Part shown: in pieces, positions 1-11,258 of the stretch
How the letters are laid out: the number at the start of each line of letters is the position of its first letter
Position numbering within the stretch: position 1 is the stretch's first letter
Source: Octopus bimaculoides
Taxonomy: Eukaryota
Reading direction: 5' to 3'
Length of the DNA stretch: 34,891 bases
Assembly (NCBI RefSeq): GCF_001194135.2
Contig: NC_069001.1
Span: 13,190,098-13,224,988 of the forward strand
Translations under genes and position numbers: made by a program
Notes under the pieces: model-generated
The model's input: only the letters and a program-made list of their open reading frames with translations
Databases searched by the model: none
What the model was told of the DNA's origin: nothing

Positions 1-1639
1 AGCCGCCGAAAGCACGCTGCATGTCGCAATGGAGCAGGGGAACGGTGACGGCCGTCAATTCCAGAAACAATGTATCCGCGGATGGAATGCTGTGTCACGT
101 GCTTGGCCTGTGCAGAATAACCACTTCGTCAGATGAAAAGCGGAGAGGGAAACTAGGCACCTGGCTTGAGAAGGACAGACTCGTGCAAAGGAAGACAAAC
201 GAGGTAAGCCGATTACTTCTACTCGCACGCATACACCACATGAACAATAGAAGATACTTGCCCAAGGTCCCACAATATGAGAGAACTTGAAGTCACATGG
301 TAACAATATTATATATATATATATATATCTACAAAAGCCATGCCAGCATATTTGCTTAGATATATATGTATTTCGCTGTTCTGACATACAACCTCAAGAA
401 AGAGAACTCATCAATGAAGGACCGTCTTCCTCTTTCTACACATACACACACACATGTATATATGTTATTCTTATAGAAGAATGTTGTTGACAGTAATTTC
501 GAAGTTTCAGCCAGCTTAGCCATTGTCCAATGGTGGCCGAAACTTCAAAGTCACTTTCAATAACATTCTTGTTAAAGAATAATAAATTTGTACTCTACAA
601 AAAATATAGAGCAACCCACCATATTTAATGTAAAATTGTCTTTATTATAACTGAACATAAAAACAAACATTAGTACATATGTATGTCTATATGTGTGTGA
701 GTGTGTATGTATGTATGTATATATGTATTACAGAAAACAATGGTTTCAACAAGGCATTAAGAGGCCATCAGTGAATTTTCATTGTGTCAAAGTATGTCTG
801 CTTGTATCTAAGGGAAGCACTTCACTTATTGTTTGGAATATTCTCGAGAGAAAATAATTAACAGTACAAACTCTACTTTCTCCATTTCTTCAGCCTCCCA
901 CATGTTTACTCATCCACCCATCCAGGGTGTTCATTCGCTTCAGGCATGGGCCACCTTTTTTCCAAGAAATGGGTGACATAAGGCATGACTCATCATCATG
1001 CAGGCCATACTATTAGAAAATTCAAGGTCATTTTTCATGGGTGTAGTCATTCAGAAGGTCTCGGNNNNNNNNNNNNNNNNNNNNNNNNNNNNNNNNNNNN
1101 NNNNNNNNNNNNNNNNNNNNNNNNNNNNNNNNNNNNNNNNNNNNNNNNNNNNNNNNNNNNNNNNNNNNNNNNNNNNNNNNNNNNNNNNNNNNNNNNNNNN
1201 NNNNNNNNNNNNNNNNNNNNNNNNNNNNNNNNNNNNNNNNNNNNNNNNNNNNAGACAAAAAATGAACAGGGGAAATCAGGATAAACACTATGTAGAGGGC
1301 TACATGTGACTGGATCATGTGATTTCATTATAAAAATATTTGAAAAAAAAAAAAAAAAAAACAATGTACGACCTGTTCACATGACCAAAATGGAAGTAAC
1401 AGCAGTTGGTGTATGATGTGTGCTATATAGCATGTTATATAACATGCATAACCAAGTCCTCACTTAGTGATATCTAGTAACTGCATGTTACAGGTTTTTT
1501 ACTGCAACATGTTAAAAAAGGATACATTTATGTAACTGCCATCTGTTGTGTTACAAATGGTGGCATATCACATAGAAATCGAGAAGGCTGATATTCTGAA
1601 GAGAAAAGATGAGTTGAGAATTTAGATGGCAGAGCCTAG

Positions 1640-2240
1640 TTGGGTCTAATGTCTAATGTATGTAATTTCCCCCTTTTATAAGGCAGAAGAGTATGACATG
1701 AGGGAGATATGGCTGTGGCTGCTATTTCTAGCAGGCTTCCATCACCTTGTGAACCCTTTACTAAGTAGATTCCTATGATCAGAGACATTCCAGTAGTGAC
1801 CTACACCGTCCATATTTGGTGTGTCTAGGGCTATATTGTCTAATGTGTGTGATTTCTCCTTTTTATAAGGCAGCAGAATGTGATGTGAGGGAGATTTGGC
1901 TATAGCTGTTATTTCTAGCAGGTTTCATTAACATTTAATTTCGAGCTCTTACCTTGTGATCACTTCACTGAGTAGATTCCTATCATCAGAGACATTCCAA
2001 TAGTGACCTACACCGTCCATATTTAGGGTGTCTAGTACTACATTGTCTAATGTGTATTTCTCCCTTTTACAAGGCAGCAGAGTGTGGCGTGAGGGAGATA
2101 TGGTTGTGGCTGCTATTTCTAGCAGGTTGAGCAACCATGTAGAGCAGTGTTTCTCAAGATGGTGAGTGGGGACAATGGTTATTTCAGGTAGGCAATATGG
2201 GTGACAAGGAGAAGGAGAGATAAACAAGTAAGTAAAGCCC
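1640..2240. repeat. Local ~200-bp tandem repeat (2.5-3 copies; a further copy at ~3056-3320)
   Basis: The unit atcagagacattcca.tagtgacctacaccgtccatattt...gagggagat.tgg.tgt.gctg.tatttctagcagg recurs at ~1640, ~1745, ~1951 and ~3056. Confidence 0.85.
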
Positions 2241-2427
2241 AAGATGAGATTGTAGGAAGCTTTGAGTAGTAAGGAATTAACTGCCGCCATGGTAGTAGTG
2301 TCCATTGAAAAGTCAGCGAGTGGACACAGTATATCCAGGGATCTAGCAGTTGGAGTGTGTCAATTAGAAATTCGATGCTAATCAATCAAGCAATCATTTT
2401 TTCGTTTGTTTGTTTTTAAGTTATTTA

Positions 2428-2469
<42 letters not shown>

Positions 2470-2480
2470 GCGAAAAGAAA

Positions 2481-2903
2481 TCTTTCCTCTTTTACTTGTT
2501 TCAGTCTATGGACTGTGGCCTTGCTGGGGCACAACCTTGAAAAGGTTTCAGTCAAACAAATTGACCCCAGTGCTTTTTTTTTTTTTTGATTGATGATACT
2601 TATTCTATAGTCTTTTCAACAAAACTGCTAAGCTACTAGGATGTAAACAAACCAACACCAATTGTAAAGTAGTGGGTGGGGCGCAATCACAGACACAAAG
2701 ACACCTACACATTGATATAGACACACACACACACACATATGTATGTAGTTATACGACAGGCTTCCACACAGTTTCCATCTACCAAATTTACTCATGAGTA
2801 ACAAGGTCAGCCTGGGGCTATAAGAGAAGAAACTTGCTCAAGGTACCATGCAGAGGGACTGAACCCAAAACCATGTGGTTGCAAAACAAGCTTCTTAGCC
2901 ACA
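2481..2903 (-). mobile_element. SINE family A copy (reverse, diverged)
   Basis: Reverse-complement match to 7599-8014, including the internal (CA)n. Confidence 0.75.
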
Positions 2904-3633
2904 CAGCCATGCTTACAGAAAATGTCCCCACCACTGTACCCCAATGAAAAGAGGAAAAAAAAATCTCACTAAGAACAGAAATAAATATTAAACAAAAGAT
3001 ACTGCAACAAGAATTAAAAAAAAAGTTTCCAGTAATGTTTAATTTAGAACTCTTGCCTTGTGAAACCTATGATCAGAGACATTCCAATAGTGACCTACAC
3101 TGTCCATATTTGGGGTGTCTAGGATTACATTGTCTAATGTGCCATTTCCCCCCTTTGATAAGGCAGAAGAGTGTGATGCGAGGGAGATATGATTGTTGCT
3201 GTTATTTCTAGCAATTTAAGCAACCACATAGAGCAGTGTTTCTCAAGGTGGAGGGGTTTATTTCAGAATAATGAGTGGGTGGGTGGGGTGTAAGTAATTA
3301 ACAAGTAAATAAAACTTGAAGTTTTAATTAAAACTTTTGAATCTATATGTGTGCGTGTGTGTGCGTGTGAGAGAGAAAGACCACCACTTGAAAACTGCTG
3401 TTAGTTTGTTTACATCCATGTAATTTAGTGGTTTGGCAAAAAGAGATAGACAAAATAACAGATTAAAAAAAAAAAAAAGTAAAAAGTACCGGGGTTGTTT
3501 TGTTCAGCAAAATCCTTTAAGGTAGTGCCCCAGCATGGCCACAGTGTAATGAATGAAACAAGTAAAAGATAAATACACACACACACTACATAGGATAAGC
3601 ATATATACATGTACATATATGCTATATACAATA

Positions 3634-3682
<49 letters not shown>

Positions 3683-4147
3683 CTTTTACTCATCTTAGTC
3701 GTGAGAATGTGGCCATGCTGGAGCACCACATTGAAAAATCGACCCCAATACTTACTTTTTTTTTCAGAGTACTTATTCTATTGGTCTCCTTTGCTGAACT
3801 GTAAAGTTATGGAGACATAAACAAACTGACACCAGTTGTCAAGCAGTGGCAGGGATAAATACAGAGAGAGAGAGAGAGGGAGAGAGAGGGNNNNNNNNNN
3901 NNNNNNNNNNNNNNNNNNNNNNNNNNNNNNNNNNNNNNNNNNNNNNNNNNNNNNNNNNNNNNNNNNNNNNNNNNNNNNNNNNNNNNNNNNNNNNNNNNNN
4001 NNNNNNNNNNNNNNNNNNNNNNNNNNNNNNNNNNNNNNNNNNNNNNNNNNNNNNNNNNNNNNNNNNNNNNNNNNNNNNNNNNNNNNNNNNNNNNNNNNNN
4101 NNNNNGTTGGAAAAAAAAGCTTTTTAACCACACAGCCATTCCCGAAC

Positions 4148-4180
<33 letters not shown>

Positions 4181-4376
4181 TTTTGTCCAATCATGGCAGG
4201 GTGCACATGTGTTTGGAAAATCAAAATGGGGGTGTGAAACAAAAATGGTTGAAAAACACATAAGTAGAGGCTCCCTTGTTGACTATTGATGGTGGTGGTT
4301 ATAGGTAACAGGGCTGATATCACACTGGTCCTTTGTCCAGTCCTCCATTTCAACTTGATATGCAACAGATCACTCA

Positions 4377-4590
4377 TTAACCTTTCAGCATTCATATTAT
4401 TTCTGTCAAATGTAATGCTTGTTTATTCACTTTTAATCATGTATGTAGCTTTGAGACTTTGATGAGGTAACAGTTAATTTTTAGAATAGTGTAGGATTGG
4501 TGTGAGAGGCCAGATCTGGACAATTTGAACATAAAACAGGTAGAATAATATTTTGGCCAGATGCAGCTGGTTTAAACACCAAAGTGTTAA
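4377..4590 (-). mobile_element. MITE family E copy (diverged)
   Basis: ttaacctttcagcattca...aaagtgttaa, with internal homology to 18058-18278. Confidence 0.7.
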
Positions 4591-5051
4591 ACAGATGCAA
4601 TCCTAATTAATTTGTTATGTAATAATGTCTTCCAGTTCAAGTAACCTGAAGTAGCTTGCAAGGCATTACTCAATATGCTAGAAATATGCAGCCAAACTTC
4701 CTTTAATTCACACACTCTGTGAGCTTAAAGAAGGAAGGGCACATTGCATAATGTGGTTTTGGTTGTACTTGCGTCTTTGAAAAAAAAAAAAATCATACAG
4801 GTTGGTCAGAGTTGGAAGGCTTTTGATCATAGGTTAGGTTTTGTTTAACCAGGACTGATCTGGAGCTAAATAACAATTTTTTTTTTGTGTGTGTGTGACA
4901 TGGGACAAAATATCACATGACATTATGTTACAACAACATATGCTAAAACACACAGCCAATCACGTGTATGTATGTTGATGTGAGGCCAAGTTATATAATG
5001 TTATGTCACAACACATGTTAGAAAACAGAATCTGCTGATGCAACTAATCCT

Positions 5052-5116
<65 letters not shown>

Positions 5117-5233
5117 TGTGTAAAGTTATTACTCATTACATACAGGTCGTAATGTTTCAGTCACAAAACAGTAATTCAGAGAAGATAAACCATATTCTAA
5201 TCATATTGAATGTCAAGATGTAGAGATAGATTG

Positions 5234-5822
5234 CTGTGATTTGTAACATGGTATGTACCAGACCACAACCACAATAACTTGTAACATAATATGGTATGTA
5301 TTAGGTCACAACAGTTTGTAACATGGTATGTTATCAGGTCATAATGACTTGTAATATGCCACTGTGTCACAGATCACTGACTCGTAACAGAAAATATTGC
5401 AACAAATCATAGTGACTTGCAATATAACATGGTCTGTAACTGATCATAGTGACTTGTGACTTGTAACATAATACAGTTTCTAGCAGACTGTGGTGAGCCG
5501 TAGTATATGTAACACATTGTAGCAACTAGTGACAGTTTAACAGATCCATTGCAACTTGAAACAATGTGGTGTGTATTGGATCATAGAGCTGTAACATGCC
5601 ATTGTGTAACATCATAGTGACTTCTAACAGTATTATCGATTAGTGACTTGTAACAGGATACTGTATTTAGCAAATCATAGTGAATTGCAACATGACAAAG
5701 TTTGTAACAGATCATTGTGACCTGTATATGTAACATAGTGACTTGTATATGTAACAGCGTAACAGATTGTAATGACTTGTAACATAATTGTTCAATGTCT
5801 GAGGTGTTCTGTCACAGATCAT
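5234..5822. repeat. Degenerate minisatellite with core (gatcata)gtgacttgtaaca
   Basis: More than a dozen imperfect occurrences of gtgacttgtaacat / gtaacagatcat at irregular spacing. Confidence 0.75.
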
Positions 5823-6067
5823 TCTAAATGTTACACATTATAGTCACCATGTCACACAAAATAACATTCACAAGTTTAAATAACCAGACAAGGCAATGTA
5901 GTGATGTATGAGTACCAACAGAAGGGGGTAAAGAGAGAGAGAGGCAGACAGAGAGGGGGTAGGGCAAATAACAAAACAGCCACAAAGCTGTTATATGAGG
6001 TTCACTGATAACAAAACGGTAAAATGTCTTTGGGGACGAAGGATATGGGTCCAGGTTGTTGAGTGGA

Positions 6068-6187
6068 TCAAAAAAGAAGGTATATGAATATAAAAAGGCA
6101 GAGCGGCAGAAAGATAACAAGTAGAATGGCCATGATTCGTCGTCGGCTGTGGTTTGGTACTTGCTGTGTTGTTTGTCCAGTTGGATC
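6068..6187 (-). CDS. Terminal coding exon: DPTGQTTQQVPNHSRRRIMAILLVIFLPLCLFIFIYLLF-stop (basic stretch plus C-terminal transmembrane helix)
   Basis: Acceptor ...tttgtcttctgtttcAG|GAT (AG at 6189-6188). Phase 0 matches the donor of exon 8457-8713. There are 39 codons, then TGA at 6070-6068. RRR is followed by about 22 hydrophobic residues. The ORF track misses this frame because it is short. Confidence 0.75.
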   Translation of the reverse strand, partial: DPTGQTTQQVPNHSRRRIMAILLVIFLPLCLFIFIYLLF

Positions 6188-6356
6188 CTGAAACAGAAGA
6201 CAAACCAGATCCAGTCAAAGACATATTCAGGGTGAAAACTTTTGATTTTTAACAAATACAGTAAACCCTCTCCTAATTGGCATCACTGGGAAATGGTGAA
6301 TTACCTAATAACTGAATTTTTTTTGATAGCTGATGACTTTTAGAACCCTTTTGTTA

Positions 6357-6561
6357 CTCTTTTACTTGTTTCAGTCATTTGACTGCGGTCATGCTGGAGC
6401 ACTGCCTTTAGTCGAGCAAATCGACCCCAGGACTTATTCTTTGCAAGCCTAGTACTTATTCTATTAGTCTCTTTTGCCGAACCGCTAAGTTACGGGGACG
6501 TAAACACACCAGCATCAGTTGTCAAGCAATGTTGGGGAGACAAACACAGACACACAAACAT

Positions 6562-6594
<33 letters not shown>

Positions 6595-6636
6595 CATATA
6601 TACAACGGGCTTCTTTCAGTTTCCGTCTACTAAATC
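6357..6636 (-). mobile_element. SINE family A copy (reverse, truncated by gap)
   Basis: By eye the 3' half is about 90% identical to the reverse complement of 7835-8014. Confidence 0.85.
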
Positions 6637-6887
6637 NNNNNNNNNNNNNNNNNNNNNNNNNNNNNNNNNNNNNNNNNNNNNNNNNNNNNNNNNNNNNNNN
6701 NNNNNNNNNNNNNNNNNNNNNNNNNNNNNNNNNNNNNNNNNNNNNNNNNNNNNNNNNNNNNNNNNNNNNNNNNNNNNNNNNNNNNNNNNNNNNNNNNNNN
6801 NNNNNNNNNNNNNNNNNNNNNNNNNNNNNNNNNNNNNNNNNNNNNNNNNNNNNNNNNNNNNNNNNNNNNNNNNNNNNNNNNNNNNNN

Positions 6888-7220
6888 GGGCAATGTCTTC
6901 TACTATAGCCTTGGGCTGGCCAAAACTTTGTGAGTGAATTTGGTAGAAGGAAACTGAATGAAGCCTGTCATATATATATATATATATATATATTTATGTG
7001 TGTATCTGTGTTTGTCCCCCCCTCACTATCGCTTGACAACCAATGTTGGTGTGTTTACATCCCTCTAACTTAGCAGTTCAGCAAAAGAGACCGATAGGAT
7101 AAGTACTAAGCTTATTATAAAGAGTAAGTCATGGGGTCGATTTCTTCAACTAAAACCCTTTAAAGTTGTGCTCCAGCATGGCTGCAGTCAAATGACTGAA
7201 ACAAGTAAAAAGAATAAAAG
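6888..7220 (+). mobile_element. SINE family A copy (head lost in gap)
   Basis: gggcaatgtcttctactatagcc...aaatgactgaaacaagtaaaa. Confidence 0.8.
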
Positions 7221-7598
7221 AATTGTTTTGAATTCAACATCTCATAACTTTGAGATTTCGATGTTAAGATTGATTATTTCTAAAATGACATTATAGGATA
7301 GATGTGAGAGGTCAAATCTGGCCAGTTTGACCATAAAACAGATAGGATATTTGAGTTGGATATGGCCAGTTTAAGGATTAATATTCTGAATATAACAGAA
7401 ATGAGAAAAATAAGGAGGAATAAATATAATTTAAATAAAGAACAAGTTTTATTAACTTAATAAAATACAGGTATTGTAAATGTAGTAAAACCAAATAAGA
7501 TACTGAAATTTGGGAAGCAACAATCCATTTTAGATATAGTAGAAACATTGTTTTAATGATAATTAATTTACACATTTTCTTTTTTTTTAAATTTACAT

Positions 7599-8014
7599 GG
7601 GCGCAGAAGTGGCTGTATGGTAAATAGCTTGCTTACCAACCACATTGTTCTGGGTTCAGTCCCACTGCATGGCACCATGGGCAAGTGTCTTCTACTATAG
7701 CCCTCGGGCTGACCAAAGCCTTGTGAGTGGATTTGGTAGATGGAAACTGAAAGAAGCCCATCGTATATATATGTATATGTATATATATATGTGTGTGTGT
7801 GTGTGTGTTTGTGTGTCTGTGTGTGTCCTCCCCAACATCGCTTGACAACCGATGCTGGTGTGTTTACGCCCCTGTAACCTAGCGGTTCGGCAAAAGCGAC
7901 CGATAGAATAAGTACTAGGCTTACAAAGAATAAGTCCCGGGGTCGATATGCTCGACTGAAAAGGCAGTGCTCCAGCATGGCCGCAGTCAAATGACTGAAA
8001 CAAGTAAAGAGAGT
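7599..8014 (+). mobile_element. SINE family A, full length: tRNA-like head, CORE-like segment, internal (TA)n(TG)n, GTAAAAGA-type tail
   Basis: Head GGCGCAGAAGTGGCTGTATGG...GGGTTCAGTCCC. The segment GGCACCATGGGCAAGTGTCTT resembles the CORE motif (recalled MIR GTGACCTTGGGCAAGTCACTT). About 20 full or partial copies occur in the window. Confidence 0.85.
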
Positions 8015-8132
8015 ATGTAGTGGGATTGAACTCAAAATCATGCTACTTGAAAGTAAATTTACCCACGCAGCCACGCTTGCACTTAAGAAAATTAAACCTG
8101 AAGCACAAGGAGACAAATACATAAATAAGGAA

Positions 8133-8402
8133 AGTGCCGCTGGACTGGCTCCTGTGCAGGTGGCACGTAAGATACACCATTTCGAGCGTGGCCATCACCA
8201 GTAGCACCTGACTAGCCCTCGTGCCGGTGGCACGTAAAAGCACCCACTACACTCTCTGAGTGGTTGGCGTTAGGAAGGGCATCCAGCTGTAGAAACTCTG
8301 CCAAATCAGATTGGAGCCTGGTGTCGCCTCCTGGTCCACCAGTCCTCAGTCAAATCTTCCAGCCCATGCTAGCATGGAAGGCGGACGTTAAACGACGATG
8401 AA
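8133..8402 (+). mobile_element. RTE LINE 3' UTR fragment (two structured modules plus tail)
   Basis: Shares ggcgttaggaagggcatccagctgtagaaactctgcc...ccatgctagcatggaa.gcggacgttaaacga(c/t)gatg with the other copies. Confidence 0.8.
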
Positions 8403-8456
8403 AGGAAATAAATCAGTAAAAATAGTTTTTTAAAATAATAATAAAAAATGTCTTAC

Positions 8457-8713
8457 AATAACTGTTGTTGGGTAGGTTTGAACATGTGATGGTTGTCCTG
8501 TCACTACTATAGGTGGTGCTGTTGGCTGTGGCGGTACTCCATATGGTGTATAGCCAATATTTGATGGGTTGTAAGGTTGTTGAGGATGTGTGCCATAACC
8601 AGGAATCTGTGTATATGGGGGAGCTGGCTGGTAAGGGCCATGCGGTGGAACACCAGAGTAGGCTTCACCTTGCATAACAGAATCATAGGATGGTGGAGGC
8701 CCAAGGGCCGACA
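8457..8713 (-). CDS. Internal coding exon of a Pro/Tyr/Gly/Gln-rich protein: (x)SALGPPPSYDSVMQGEAYSGVPPHGPYQPAPPYTQIPGYGTHPQQPYNPSNIGYTPYGVPPQPTAPPIVVTGQPSHVQTYPTTVI
   Basis: Minus-strand acceptor ...cttgtcttttctAG|TG (AG at 8715-8714) and donor ATT|GTAAGA (GT at 8456-8455). The exon is 257 nt, open, phase 1 at its start and phase 0 at its end. It is unique non-repeat sequence whose translation resembles PPxY-bearing membrane adaptors (LITAF/BRI3/CYSTM-like N-termini). Confidence 0.85.
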
Positions 8714-9257
8714 CTAGAAAAGACAAGAATATAAATATATAAATACAAGGAAATAAACAGAAAGTGATCATAATTATAATGGTTTCAAATTTTGGCACAA
8801 GGCCAGCAATTTCCAGGGATTACATCCACCCTAGTGCTCAACTGGTACTTATTTTATCGATCTTGAAAGGATGAAAGGCAAAGTCAATCTTGGCAGAATT
8901 TGAACTCAGAATGTGAAGATGGACAAATAGCTACTAAGCATTTTGTCCAGCATGCTAACAATTCTGCCAGTTTATCACCTTGACAACAACAACAATAATA
9001 ATAATAATGATAAAAATGGTTTCAAATTTTGCCACAAGAGAAGCAATTTTGAGGGAGGAGAGATGAGTCAAATACATCGACCCCCCAGTGTTCAACTGGT
9101 ACTTATTTTATTGACCCCATAAGGACAAAAGGCAAAGTCAACCTTGGCAGAATTTGAACTCAGAACGTAGTGACAGGCAAAATACCACTAAGCATTTCAT
9201 CCAGCATGCTAACAACTCTGCCATCTCACTGCCTTAACAATAGTAATAATAATAATC

Positions 9258-9461
9258 ATAAGCAATAAGAAGAGTGAGGTACAATTTGTAATGAATAAAG
9301 AATGACTGTTTATTGAATTGAACAATATTTTGACAATATGTCTGTTGTCCTCAGGTTCAAAATGAACTCGAGGTAGGAGGACATACTGTCAAACAATTCT
9401 TCAATTCAATAAAGAGAGTCAGTTTCATTACAAATCATACCACACTCTTCTTATTGCTTAT
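9258..9461. repeat. ~200-bp fold-back (palindromic MITE-like) element
   Basis: ataagcaataagaagagtg...ttattgaattgaacaatattttgacaatatgtc pairs with gacatactgtcaaacaattcttcaattcaataa...cactcttcttattgcttat. An inner stem CCTC..GTTCA-AAA-TGAAC..GAGG is also present. Confidence 0.85.
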
Positions 9462-10140
9462 TTATCTTCATGAAGAGTTACATCATCAATCTTCACGAAT
9501 TAATAATAATCGTTTCTACTATAGGCAGAAGGTCTGAAATTTCAGGGGAGGGGATAAGTCGATTACATATTCCACATTGTTTTACCGGTACTTAATTAAC
9601 TGACCCCAAAAGGATGAAAGGCAAAGTCAACCTCGGTGGAATTTAAATTCTGAATATAACGACAAATGAAATACCGCTAAGCATTTCGTCCAGCGTGCTG
9701 ACGATTCTGCCAGCTTGCTGTCTTTAAAATAATGATAATAATAATAATGGTTTCCAATTTTGGTACAAAGCCATCATGTTTAGGGGTGGGGCATAGTCAA
9801 TTATATCAACCCCAGTGTTCAAATGGTAATTATTTTACCAACTCTAAGAGGATGAAAGCGAAGTTGATCCCAGCAGATTATGAACTCAGAAATGTAACGG
9901 GTTGGAAGTAATGGTGCTGCAAAACATGATTCTATAACAATTCTCCCAGCTCACCACGTTACTACTACTACTACTACTACTAATACTAATAATAATAATA
10001 CTAATACTAATAATAATAATAATTGTTCCAAATTTTGTCACAAGAGCAGCAATTTTGGAGGAGGGGATGAGTCAATTACATCGACCCTAGTGTTCAAACT
10101 GGTACTTACCAATCCCCAAAAGGATGAAAGGCAAAGTCAT

Positions 10141-10693
10141 AAGACTTACTGTTAAATTAAATGCCCTGATGCAGTACCAGGTAGTGTCTCTCATTTGACT
10201 TTTAATCTTAACTGATTAGCAGTGTTATGTAAATGTTTTGTTTTGATGTAAAATACCACATATCTGCTTGTCAGTTATTTGACCATAACCAGTTGAGCAT
10301 GTCCCTTGGTGGCTGGTAATATGTGCATCTCCGATCACGAGCAGAACTAGTGAGGGAGCATCATAGCTATGCATTGAGAGGAATTCTTTGGGATTTGAAT
10401 AATTCATCTCTGGAAACCTGGGTGTTTCATTCATCATCCTTAAAAAAAACTTTATTCAGATACCTTTTGAGTGGGACGGGCTAATTGACCTGAAAAAACT
10501 GCTAATTGGGTTACACCTGCAAGGTGATGCGCTGCTTATCTTGATAGGAGATCATTATGTTGTGTACATACGGTTGTGAAGTGGTGTAGCTTTATCAGAC
10601 AGGTAATCACGATGAGTATACTGGGCTTTGTATATTTTACCCCAGTGTCACTTTGATGGCATGCACTGCTCTCTCTCACTCAATAATAATAAT
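10141..10693 (+). mobile_element. Unclassified (AAT)n-tailed interspersed repeat; inverted partner at 11605-11930
   Basis: About 320 bp reverse-complement match between ~10375-10693 and 11605-11930. The copy ends ctctctcactcaataataataat. Confidence 0.7.
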
Positions 10694-11031
10694 GGTTTCA
10701 AATTTTGGCAGCAGGAGAGCAGTTTTAGGGGAAGTATTTGACTGGAACTTTATTTTATTGACCATTCTACTCTACTCTAGGCACAAGGCTTCAAATTTTG
10801 GGGGAGAGAGCCAGTCGATTAGATCAACCCCAGTACACAACTGGTACTTAATTTATCGACCCCGAAAGGATGAAAGGCAAAAATCAACCTCGGTTTTATT
10901 GACCATTGATGATGAAAAGACACCGAGCAAAGTTGACTTTGGTGGTATTTGAACTCAGAATGCAAAGAGCCTGAAGAAATGCTGCTAAGCATTTTCTCTA
11001 ATACCATAACAATTCTGCCAGCTCACTATCT

Positions 11032-11258
11032 TTAACCCATTGGCATTTTAACCAGCCATATCTGGCCTAAATATTCTTTGCTTTATGTTCAAACAAACCA
11101 CAGCTGACCTCTCACAACTCCTTTGAATGTCATTCTAAAACTAAGCAATCACATCATAAATATGTCAAAGTTATGAGATAATAAAGCTTGATTAATTCAA
11201 AACAATGTGAATAGAAAGAAGCATTACATTTGACAGAATCTGAACGCAAAAGGGTTCA
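11032..11258 (+). mobile_element. MITE family E copy (diverged)
   Basis: ttaacccattggcatt...tctgaacgcaaaagggttca. Partial copies also occur at 7223-7381 and 20065-20172. Confidence 0.7.

Larger units (their letters stand above)
8771..11030 (-). mobile_element. Cluster of 6-7 same-orientation SINE family B variants with (ATT)n tails, interleaved with other repeats
   Basis: Copies at about 8771-8981, 8992-9236, 9501-9722, 9728-9958, 10023-10140, 10690-10760 and 10775-11030. Each starts on + with aataat...gtttc and carries aaaggatgaaaggcaaagtcaac. Confidence 0.8.

Noticed and set aside
2179-2385. 68-aa minus-strand ORF with LLDPWIY (GPCR TM7-like) and a hydrophobic end
   Set aside because: It has no convincing acceptor or neighbouring TM exons, the motif is short enough to arise by chance, and its 3' part overlaps a locally duplicated repeat.
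2429-2466. Long poly-A as a retrogene tail
   Set aside because: There is no upstream polyadenylation signal, TSD or processed ORF.
5824-6255. 143-aa and 77-aa minus-strand ORFs over the last exon
   Set aside because: They are alternative frames; only the third frame is in phase with the upstream donor and gives a coherent TM tail.
8220-8244. Pistol or twister ribozyme similarity of the pseudoknot module
   Set aside because: Only the first stem plus the A-rich linker is similar; the remaining helices and conserved catalytic residues are absent.
8133-8402. (GAT)n-tailed family initially read as an independent SINE
   Set aside because: Copies at 14864 and 21892 connect it directly to RTE ORF C-terminal coding sequence, and it has no tRNA head.
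8430-8798. The 122-aa single-exon ORF with an apparent N-terminal signal peptide (MPKFETIIIMITFCLF...)
   Set aside because: The hydrophobic N-terminus is the translated polypyrimidine tract and a SINE end; the spliced model fits better.
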